Shown here piece after piece: positions 24,445-34,968 of a stretch of DNA of 64,000 nucleotides. This DNA is from Octopus bimaculoides. Its lineage: Eukaryota. The translations under genes were made by a program, and so were the position numbers. The stretch spans positions 37,173,670 to 37,237,669 of the forward strand of contig NC_068992.1 in assembly GCF_001194135.2 (NCBI RefSeq), read 5' to 3'. The notes beneath the pieces were generated by a model, which worked only from the letters and a program-made list of their open reading frames with translations, had not been told where the DNA came from and did no database searches. The stretch's first letter is position 1. Every line of letters starts with the position of its first letter.

Positions 24445-24523
<79 letters not shown>

Positions 24524-24858
24524 NNNNNNNNNNNNNNNNNNNNNNNNNNNNNNNNNNNNNNNNNNNNNNNNNNNNNNNNNNNNNNNNNNNNNNNNNNNNN
24601 NNNNNNNNNNNNNNNNNNNNNNNNNNNNNNNNNNNNNNNNNNNNNNNNNNNNNNNNNNNNNNNNNNNNNNNNNNNNNNNNNNNNNNNNNNNNNNNNNNNN
24701 NNNNNNNNNNNNNNNNNNNNNNNNNNNNNNNNNNNNNNNNNNNNNNNNNNNNNNNNNNNNNNNNNNNNNNNNNNNNNNNNNNNNNNNNNNNNNNNNNNNN
24801 NNNNNNNNNNNNNNNNNNNNNNNNNNNNNNNNNNNNNNNNNNNNNNNNNNNNNNNNNN

Positions 24859-25086
24859 TAGCATTGAGTTGCTTCTCCAACATACTGAAAATTTAGAAAT
24901 AGCAGTCAAAGAACTACTGATTCTAAAGACTTGTTTTGTTTATGCTTTCCCCTCCGGTTTTTTGTTCTATGTATGCCATAAATATCGCCATCCATTTAGA
25001 GAAAAATTTGTAGTTTAGAATCAGTAGTTCTTTGACTGCTATTTCTAAATTTTCAGTATGTTGGAGAAGCAACTCAATGCTAATCC

Positions 25087-25089
<3 letters not shown>
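24859..25089. mobile_element. MITE with perfect 69-bp inverted repeats, Tc1/mariner-like end
   Basis: 24859-24927 is the exact reverse complement of 25014-25082; the right end is ...ATCCCTG|TA; the left end lies in a gap. Confidence 0.85.
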
Positions 25090-25117
<28 letters not shown>

Positions 25118-25204
25118 CTAGCAGAGATATGTATATATATACTAGCAGAGATACCTGGTCTTGCTCAGGATTAAAATGGCATAGACTTTTATTGTTTTAT
25201 TTGT

Positions 25205-25385
25205 TTCAGTCATGTGATTGCAGCCATGCTGGAGCACCGCTGTTGGTCACAGAAATCAACCACAAGATTTATTCTTTGTAAGCCTAGTACTCATTCTGTC
25301 AGTATCTTTTACCAAACTGCTAAGTTACAGGAATGTAAATACAGCAACGTCAGTTGTTAAGCAATGGTGGGGGTACAAACACAAG

Positions 25386-25429
<44 letters not shown>

Positions 25430-25500
25430 ATATACGACAGTCTTCTTTCAGCTTCCGAGTACGAAATCCACTCACAAGGTTTTGATTGGCCTGAGGCTAT
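25205..25500 (-). mobile_element. SINE family A, partial, reverse orientation
   Basis: Reverse complement of the family A body and tail, with internal (CA)n. Confidence 0.8.
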
Positions 25501-25523
25501 AATAAGCATATATATATATATAT

Positions 25524-26111
25524 AGTAGCTGACATACCCAGTAATTCCCGGAAAGCGGGCTTATCCCTTGGTTCCATTCTCATAATTGTTTCGTTAATCC
25601 AGTAACAACCATACAAAGTATGTAGCCCTTAAAACGGTTTTTGTGTATTTATTGAGAATACCAAACTGTCTTTCAAAGGATCTTCTTTTTAGGAATTCCC
25701 AATAAGTTATGAATACCCAAATTGTGAAGTCAGTTATGTAATAGCACGAAATTAATTACCCTATAGTAAGAATTCAAATAAAGTAGCCCCAAAAAGGGAT
25801 TTAATACATTCCCAGAGTATATAGGTTTTAGGAGGAAATACTAATAAGTCATGTATACTAAAATCATGAAACATGTTACGTAATAACAAGCTAATCAGAT
25901 ATGAGATAATAACAATCCAAAGTAATTAACTGTGAAAAAAAGTTTTTGTGTGTTCCCAGAGAATATTACCCTCAGCAGCACTAGTGTTGGTATATTCGTG
26001 AATAAGTCGCTAACCAAAATAAGTGGATCTATTGTTTAGGAGAATACTATTAACTTGTCTAAGCCTTGAAATGCATAAATTGAGAAAATAACTAAAATAG
26101 TTCAAATACTA
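25524..26111 (+). mobile_element. Helitron/Helentron-like non-autonomous element
   Basis: Starts TAGTAGCTGACATACCCAG...CCCGG after (TA)n; a related start ACTAGCAGAGATACCTGG..TTGCTCAGG is at 25141; internal degenerate repeats. Confidence 0.35.
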
Positions 26112-26484
26112 NNNNNNNNNNNNNNNNNNNNNNNNNNNNNNNNNNNNNNNNNNNNNNNNNNNNNNNNNNNNNNNNNNNNNNNNNNNNNNNNNNNNNNNNN
26201 NNNNNNNNNNNNNNNNNNNNNNNNNNNNNNNNNNNNNNNNNNNNNNNNNNNNNNNNNNNNNNNNNNNNNNNNNNNNNNNNNNNNNNNNNNNNNNNNNNNN
26301 NNNNNNNNNNNNNNNNNNNNNNNNNNNNNNNNNNNNNNNNNNNNNNNNNNNNNNNNNNNNNNNNNNNNNNNNNNNNNNNNNNNNNNNNNNNNNNNNNNNN
26401 NNNNNNNNNNNNNNNNNNNNNNNNNNNNNNNNNNNNNNNNNNNNNNNNNNNNNNNNNNNNNNNNNNNNNNNNNNNNNNNNNNNN

Positions 26485-26528
<44 letters not shown>

Positions 26529-26559
26529 CATATATTACATACACATACACACAGATATA

Positions 26560-27300
26560 TATCAACAGGAAACTAAACAATACCCCCAGTGAACCCTCAA
26601 CTAATGGACCTGTATATAATACTCACTCGACTGACTCCCAGGAAGGGACAAGCATAGGAACCCATAGCATGAACCTATCCAGAAATAATAACAACCAAAT
26701 CCTAAGTAACCCAAAGAACCCACACAGCGACAATATAGTGAAAACAAACCAACATGTAATGAGAATGAAGAGACAAACTGAATTCAACCACCAGTCACTA
26801 ACAACAGCCAGCAATAGGTGCTTGTGTAGGGACAAATCAAGATGCTCACTTGGTAACCTCTGCATGACTCACAACCTCATATATAAATGCACAGTGCACA
26901 CATGAGGAAGACTGTATGTGTGCTTCATTCAAGATTCGATACTGCAACCACATCTCAAGCTTTGAAAAAATAACTAAGAGACAAATAACATCACTGGCAG
27001 ATTTTCTGTGGAAACTAAAATCAGAAAACATCAACTATGAACTGTTCTAAGCACTTGTAGGACACGCACAACCCTTTCTAAGAGGTGTGGGTTGTACTTG
27101 GAAGAACTTTTGTCCATTTTACTGACTAGAGAAAGAGTAATTAATAAATTAGCTGAACGAACTGCATGCTACATGCATGCCAAGCAAACCACCTACAGTA
27201 CAACAGCCCAGCACCCCAACAGCCATAACTTGCATGCACTGAGAAACTCAAGCTAGGAAAACACAGACAGATGTATCCATGTATATACTCACATATAAAT
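26560..27300 (+). mobile_element. PLE (Naiad-like) 3' fragment, GIY-YIG endonuclease relic
   Basis: RCLCRDKSRCSLGNLCMTHNLIYKCTV..LYVC...YCNHISSF...SKRCGLYLEELLSIL..INK; cysteine cluster before the GIY-like motif. Confidence 0.7.
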
Positions 27301-29178
27301 GTATGTATGGTTATATCTTCCTAACTAAATACGCATGTACCCTGTATAGGTCTGTGCTTGTATATATGAACACACACTATATATAAAATAATATATGAGT
27401 ATATATGTGTGCGTGCATGTGTATGCAGGTGTGTATGTGCATGTATATGTATATGCATATATGTATATGTGTATATATATGTATATGTGTGTGTATTTAT
27501 ATATGTATGTGTGTGTATATATATATGTATGTGTGTGTAGGCATCAGGCATAAGTGTAAATATACATAGACACATATATGTACATACGCCAAATGGCACG
27601 AGTGTGCATATATTAGTGAGTATATGTCCATGTGTACTTGTATGTGCCTGTNNNNNNNNNNNNNNNNNNNNNNNNNNNNNNNNNNNNNNNNNNNNNNNNN
27701 NNNNNNNNNNNNNNNNNNNNNNNNNNNNNNNNNNNNNNNNNNNNNNNNNNNNNNNNNNNNNNNNNNNNNNNNNNNNNNNNNNNNNNNNNNNNNNNNNNNN
27801 NNNNNNNNNNNNNNNNNNNNNNNNNNNNNNNNNNNNNNNNNNNNNNNNNNNNNNNNNNNNNNNNNNNNNNNNNNNNNNNNNNNNNNNNNNNNNNNNNNNN
27901 NNNNNNNNNNNNNNNNNNNNNNNNNNNNNNNNNNNNNNNNNNNNNNNNNNNNNNNNNNNNNNNNNNNNNNNNNNNNNNNNNNNNNNNNNNNNNNNNNNNN
28001 NNNNNNNNNNNNNNNNNNNNNNNNNNNNNNNNNNNNNNNNNNNNNNNNNNNNNNNNNNNNNNNNNNNNNNNNNNNNNNNNNNNNNNNNNNNNNNNNNNNN
28101 NNNNNNNNNNNNNNNNNNNNNNNNNNNNNNNNNNNNNNNNNNNNNNNNNNNNNNNNNNNNNNNNNNNNNNNNNNNNNNNNNNNNNNNNNNNNNNNNNNNN
28201 NNNNNNNNNNNNNNNNNNNNNNNNNNNNNNNNNNNNNNNNNNNNNNNNNNNNNNNNNNNNNNNNNNNNNNNNNNNNNNNNNNNNNNNNNNNNNNNNNNNN
28301 NNNNNNNNNNNNNNNNNNNNNNNNNNNNNNNNNNNNNNNNNNNNNNNNNNNNNNNNNNNNNNNNNNNNNNNNNNNNNNNNNNNNNNNNNNNNNNNNNNNN
28401 NNNNNNNNNNNNNNNNNNNNNNNNNNNNNNNNNNNNNNNNNNNNNNNNNNNNNNGTGCATCTTATGTGCCACCCGCACAAGAGCCAGCCCAGGGGCACTG
28501 GCAACGATCTCACTTGGCTTGCCGGGTCTTCTCACGCACAGCACACCTCCAAAGGTCTCGGTCAGTAGTCATCGCCTCAGTGAGGCCCAATGTACGAAGG
28601 TCTTGCCTCACCACCTCAGCCCAGGTCTTCCTGGGCCTACCTCTTCCACGGGTTCCCTCAACTGTTAGGGTGTATATGTATGTGTGTGAGTGTCTCTGTG
28701 AGTGTGTTGGTGTAGGCAGCCACCAAGTCTAAAGACAGAAATCACACCCCCACCAAAATTCTTGACCACGTTGTCGCACTTGACAGCCATAACCATCCAA
28801 CTAAGGTTGTTATAGCGGTTGAATCCTATGCCATAAACACCCCACCCCATTTACATTACATTTTTTTGTATTTTTTTTACTATTTTTATAGCAACCACTT
28901 CTTGACCACAACAATAAACAACTTTTACTTTAGATTCTTTATATTTTTATTTTTTGTTTTCTTCACTTTTTTATCAACCATTTCCTGACTGCAGCTTCCT
29001 CACTTCACCAAAATGTGTCTGAACTGCTAGCAACTCACCAGCAGCATACAATCTTAGAGTGAAATGAAGTGTAAATTATATAGCTTTTGAAGCAGGTTAC
29101 ATCACCTAATGAGGCACCCTGGTATTACATCATCCCGCAGCCACTAGGAAGTAGTGCAGAATGAAGCCAAAACAATTG

Positions 29179-29220
<42 letters not shown>

Positions 29221-29420
29221 NNNNNNNNNNNNNNNNNNNNNNNNNNNNNNNNNNNNNNNNNNNNNNNNNNNNNNNNNNNNNNNNNNNNNNNNNNNNNNNN
29301 NNNNNNNNNNNNNNNNNNNNNNNNNNNNNNNNNNNNNNNNNNNNNNNNNNNNNNNNNNNNNNNNNNNNNNNNNNNNNNNNNNNNNNNNNNNNNNNNNNNN
29401 NNNNNNNNNNNNNNNNNNNN

Positions 29421-29470
<50 letters not shown>

Positions 29471-29489
29471 TTGTAGGCCAAATGAAATC

Positions 29490-29890
29490 GTAGTCATGGC
29501 TGATGCCAGTGTTGTATAACTGGCACTCATGATGGTGGCTTGTAAAAAGCACTCTTTGAACTTGGGGCCTCATAGAGGCAGTGACAAGAGACCAAGACCT
29601 TTGGCAATATACCATGCTTAAGAAGACCTGTCAAGCCAAGTGAGATCATAGTCATAGCTGTTGCTAGTGTTTCCTAACAGGCACACATGCCAGTGGCATG
29701 TAAAAAGCACCTAATATACTCTTAGAGTGGTTGGCATTAGGGAAGGGCATCCAGCTGTAAAAACGATGCCAAATCAAACTGGAACCTGATGCAACTCCCC
29801 AGCTTACCAGCTTTCAGTCAAACTGTCCAACCCATGCCAGCATGGAAAATAGATATTAAATGATGATGATGATGATGATGATGATGATAT
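29490..29890 (+). mobile_element. RTE LINE 3' UTR with (GAT)n tail
   Basis: Aligns to 13995-14340. Confidence 0.75.
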
Positions 29891-30039
29891 AGAAAGAAGA
29901 AATGTATTCCCATGCAGGAAAAAATATGAAAAGCTTTTCTTCTCCTTGAGCTCCTGCCGGTGTTCACTCACATGCTACATGCTACATGCTATCTCTCCAT
30001 TGTATGTCACTGTCCTGGTTTTTAGCATCCCTCAGTACA

Positions 30040-30380
30040 CCTTATATTATGAACCACATTCCTAGTAGACTGAAGGACAGTGCAGAAACAGGACGATGAC
30101 ATACCTTGGTGAGACAGCACATAGCATAGTTGAGCAAATAAAGGAATACTGGCAAGAGCTCAAGGAAGAGAAAATCTCATCAGTGCTTTTATCAACATGC
30201 TCAATTAATAGAGGCTCAATTAATAACATAGATGTTAAGATATTATTAGCACATAGAAGAGTCATGACATTCAGACAGATTACAATGGCCACACACATAG
30301 TAGCATATAGACTGAGCTTCAACAGAAAATATGAATGGAATAATAACCCCACCCCCACTCCACCAGGTGACTAAAGTCAG
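30040..30380 (+). mobile_element. PLE GIY-YIG endonuclease fragment (Penelope/Poseidon- or Neptune-like)
   Basis: TYLGETAHSIVEQIKEY...SSVL...ILLA..R; YIGET..ERIKEH pattern. Confidence 0.6.
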
Positions 30381-30744
30381 AATGAGAAGAAGAAAAGACA
30401 GATACAAACAGTATAATACATAAACCCACATACACACAAACAAGACACACATACACACACTAAAGGCAGAATGAGAAAATAAAAACAAATAAATAAAAAA
30501 CACAGGTTCAAACAGTGTAGTATGCAAACCCATATACATGCACACAAAACACACATACCATATGCATACATATGCACACGCAGACACATGCACAAACACA
30601 GATACAAATGCATGTGGAGCTAGGGATACATACCACAGAAAGACAAATGGTATAAGCAGAGCAAAAGGAGACATGGGATACAGAAGCTCTGAAGCTATGA
30701 CAGGGTGTGCAATGAAAGAACTTTGACAAAGAAATCAAATAATG

Positions 30745-31645
30745 TAAGGTGGGTGGAAAGTAAGTAGGCTTTAAAAATTGGTAATAAAATCCATATTCCT
30801 TTTACAAATTTATTGTAACAAATGATACGTTCTTTATTACATAGGAAAATGAAAGTAAATTTTCATATTGCAAATGTAAGCACTGGTGGCATCAACCAGT
30901 TTCTTCAAACGGCCAGGGATGGAATGAACAACCTTCTGAAGGACGTCATCTGAGATATCATTGAGAACCTCCTGAATCCATGTCTCCAAGTTCTCCCATG
31001 TGCAAGGTTTTGTCTTGTACACCCCAGCTTTTGTGTAACCCCACAGGTAAAAATTACATGGAGTAAGATCTGAACTTCTTGGAGGCCATTCATGAGGTCT
31101 GCATCATCCCATCAGGTTTTAGCTCCTGCACTTAATGGGGTTTCCATGGATAAAAATTCAACTCTTCATGCAATACCATATGTATTGTGTGTCTTGTTAG
31201 TCCAATTTCATGAGCTGCTTGACATGTTGATTTTTGCAGGCTGTGATTAAGCATTTCCTGCACTGTTGCCACAGTCTCTACTGATCGGGATGTGGTTGGA
31301 TGGCCACTTCTTCTTGCATCATTCACAGAGCCTGTGGTCATCAGCTTTGCATGACAACTTTTTATTGTCTCCAGATGTAGTGTTGCATGCTTCCCTTTCC
31401 ATGCATGCCACCATCTCTAAACCAAAACAATAGAATTCTACTTCATAGCATGCTGCTATCTTAGCTCACTCCTGAATAGTCAAGTAACTGGCCATCAGGA
31501 AAATAAGAAATAAGAAATAAGACAATAAGAAAATAAGAAATCCTCATTAGTGTAGTCTGTTTAAGAAATGTTTTCATCATGACTTCAGTGATGCTAAAAA
31601 TTCTATAAGCAATTTCTAATGCCTAGTTACTTTCTACCCTTCCTG
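30745..31645 (-). mobile_element. Internally deleted Tc1/mariner-superfamily transposon (~900 bp)
   Basis: ~25-bp TIRs (..GGGTRGAAAGTAASTAGGC); N-terminal TGSVNDARRSGHP...YPWKPH joined directly to C-terminal WPPRSSDLTP... Confidence 0.8.
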
Positions 31646-31784
31646 TAATAATAAAACTGAAGTGAAGACCAAATATACAGTGCATGTGTTTAATTGATAA
31701 AATATGACCATCCCCAAGTATAACAATATCTGTTTCAATACATGATTTCACGTCAAGAATCTTACAAAACAAATATACAAACGC

Positions 31785-31818
<34 letters not shown>

Positions 31819-31849
31819 GTGTGCTTGGTACCTCAAAAAATGTGACACG

Positions 31850-32640
31850 CTGAAAGATTATAAAGTCAGTGGTTATTAAAATACATTTCATTTTTAAAAT
31901 CTAATAGAACATAGAGACAAAATTTAAGTTTTTGTGAATGTTTGTTTTCAAACTGATGATCATTCTAGTCGGAATTGCAAACATCAAGATACATTTCATT
32001 CAGTATTTGTGCACATTCTCAATCAATACCTGCCCTCAATTCATCGATTGTTGCCAGCTTTTTATTGTAAGGTTTATCTTTATAGTATGGCCATAAAAAA
32101 GAATACAAGTTTGAAATTCAGTGAATGTGGAACTATCTTGATGAGATTTTACTTGTCTGGCAACATTTATTGAAGGTAGTTTTTACATTACTATGGTATT
32201 GTTGGCATGCTCCATCTTGCTGGAAATAAAACTCCACCTTTTCAAAGTCCTTTTGAATGCTTGGCATGACAGATCATTACAGCAAGTTCAAGTAAATGGG
32301 ATCAAAAAAGAATGGTCCAATTAATCTTTTTGACCATAAGATACACTATACTGTAACTCCTGATAACTTAACATTATATGCAGATTCTTAGGCCTCCTGT
32401 AGGTGCAGCTGTAGTTGTTAATTAAGCCATCAAATTTAATGTAGCCTCATCACTCCAAACAATCTTTGTTGGAAAGTGTCATCTTCTACACAACTTGTCA
32501 GGTACTATTTACAAAACCTACTCTTCAGACCAAATCATCTTCATTGAGAGTATGAACTATTCTTGGAATGTAACTTTTCCAATTAGTGCTAAGTGATATC
32601 TGTAGTGGCTGGAAATAGTCATCAAAAATTCCTAAGATCA
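31850..32640 (-). mobile_element. Tc1/mariner-superfamily transposase relic
   Basis: FYFQQDGACQ motif and degenerate downstream segments. Confidence 0.55.
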
Positions 32641-33129
32641 CATTCTATTTATTGCCTCATGAAAGGAAACAGACATTAGGTGATACTGTTCTAGATATGC
32701 TAAGTGTGAAGAAAGGAAAGAATACTCACAGTAAGGGCAGACTAAACTGGTATTAAACAGTATATTATACATTGTGTTCATATTAAGCAACACATTTTTC
32801 TGAGACAAATCAGAAATGTCTGAATAGATCAGAGTAAATGATTGGTACATATCCCAAAGATACTCCATAGATAAAAGCTAGGTCAGTATTGATGTTTTAG
32901 ATGATAATGTGTAGATCACTGAAAGGTTAATGCTAAAGAACTTTTAGTTAAAAATAAGTCTAATGCTGGTGACGTTTTACTTGTATGTGTATAATCATCA
33001 ACCTCGTTGCCATAAACATATCAACATCATCATCGTTGTTTAATGTCTACTTTCCATGCTGGCATAATTTGAACAGTTTGAGAGGAACTGACAAGTGAGA
33101 GAACTGCATCAGGCTTTGCCTTGGTTTCT

Positions 33130-33722
33130 AAGCCAGAATTTCCTTTCTAATTCTCACTACTTTACAGAATGTATAAAGTACATTTTTCATGTCACTGGCA
33201 TGAGCAAGGCCACCAAATAATTTGCAAGGTGCCTTAACTAAGTGAAAGTACAGTATTGAAGGAAATGGCTTTATACCAATCCCGGAGAGGTTAAAATATG
33301 ATAGATGATGGGATAGGTATCTTGCTGAAAAAGAGATACATGGCTTCCCCAGCTGGAAAGAGATGTGTAACCTCAAGGTACTAGGGGAATATAATAGCAA
33401 GAAAAGGGATAGAGGTTCAGAAAGAGTGGATAGGTAGCTTGTAGGAGTGTGAAAGAAAGTGACAGATGTTTAGAAATGGAAAGAGATGAATGCAGAGAAT
33501 GAGGCACATTGGTGGAGGCATGGTCAATGATGAATATCAGTTTTGAAGAGAAGTGAAGGAAATGGGAATGGATTAGAAGGAGAAGGTGATAAGTGATAGT
33601 AACAAGGAGACGATTTGAAGTAATGGGAGATAAGTGTTATTATTTACAGCACCTGAGTGAGTAGTGCCATAGTGGGAAGAGTGCTGGAGGAAAAGATGTA
33701 AGATGAGTTGTGAGAGAAAGCT
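33130..33722 (-). mobile_element. LINE endonuclease/RT relic, clade unresolved
   Basis: Purine-rich, highly degenerate coding-like segment; its last ~150 bp is duplicated at 33985-34143. Confidence 0.35.
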
Positions 33723-33980
33723 AATTCCTAAGCAGAAAAGGTAATGACCTCCCTAGGGAAGCAAAATTTCAAAGAAGGAGGGGTACTGGAAAGAAAGAAA
33801 ACAAAAATAATAATAATAAAATAAATTTTGTTTCCTGTGGAAGTCGAAATCCCAAAAGTGGGGATTAGATGTTGTGACAAGAGTCATGATACCCCCTGTG
33901 AGAACAGACTTGACCAAACAACTATAAATAGTAGCAGTCTGAGTGAGAGCAAGAGAGTGTCATTTTGGTAGTTTGTAGGG
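33723..33980 (+). repeat. Inverted copy of a Gypsy 3' internal + PPT + LTR start fragment
   Basis: Reverse-complement match (~85% by eye) to 35050-35310. Confidence 0.8.
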
Positions 33981-34149
33981 AGTGGGTTAGGAGGAGGACG
34001 AAGAGGAGGTGATAAGTGACAGTAACAAGGAGACAATGTGAAGTAGAGGGAGATAAATGCTATTTACCACACCTGAGTGAGTAGTGCTATAGTGAGAAGT
34101 GTGCTGGAGGGAAGGATGTTAGATGAGTTGTGGGAGAAAGCTAGACTGG

Positions 34150-34436
34150 ACCTCATTTTTACAGAGGTGTACAGGTCTTCTTGATTACAGTGTATCAATA
34201 ATCATCTAAGTCATGTGTCATCTCAAAGAAACTAAAAATCATGAGACCGACTTTCATCTCACATCTTTCAGGGTCTTCCTTTTCTACATGTTTTGTTCAC
34301 ATTTAGTGATCAACACTTCTTTATGCAGCTGTCATCATCCATCTGCATCATAAGACAATATGAGTGGAGTCTTCTTTCTTGCACACAACATCCAAAATCC
34401 AATTTTTCTCCCAGCATATTTATTGTAATGTACTTA
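34150..34436 (-). mobile_element. RTE LINE 3' part (left flank of the Gypsy insertion)
   Basis: Aligns with 46930-47080; continues on the other side of the Gypsy at 41763. Confidence 0.65.
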
Positions 34437-34521
34437 CTCATCACCAATTATTGTAGTATCACCAATTGTAAAGACAATACTTTTTTACACTATAACTGTG
34501 TAGTAACAATAAACATGTATA

Positions 34522-34968
34522 GGTGCAGGAGTGACTGTGTGGTAAGTAGCTTGCTTACCAACTACATGGTTCCGGATTCAATCCCACTGTGTAGCACCTT
34601 GGGCAAGTGTCTTCTACTATAGCCTCAGACTGACCAAAGCCTTGTGAGTGGATTTGGTAGACAGAAACTGAAAGAAGTACGTCATATATATATATATATA
34701 AATATATATACATATATATACATATATGTATGTGTGTGTGTGTGTGTGTTTGTATGTTTATGAACCTGTGTTTGTCCCTCCAACATTACTTGACAACCGA
34801 TGCTGGTGTGTTTATGTCCCCATAACTTAGCAGTTCAGCAAAAGAGAATGATAGAATAAGTACTAGGCTTACAAAGAATAAGTCCTGGGGTCCATTTGCT
34901 CAACTAAAGGTGGTGCCTCAGCATGGCCACAGTCAAATGACTGAAACAAGTAAAAGAATAAAAGAATA
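34522..34968 (+). mobile_element. SINE family A inserted in the Gypsy 3' LTR
   Basis: Full head, body and tail; splits an LTR that is contiguous in the 5' LTR copy. Confidence 0.9.

Noticed and set aside
32638-32868. 76-aa minus-strand ORF with a GTGAGT donor-like site
   Set aside because: No similarity to IQCH or any family I recognise, and the IQCH exons already join in phase without it.
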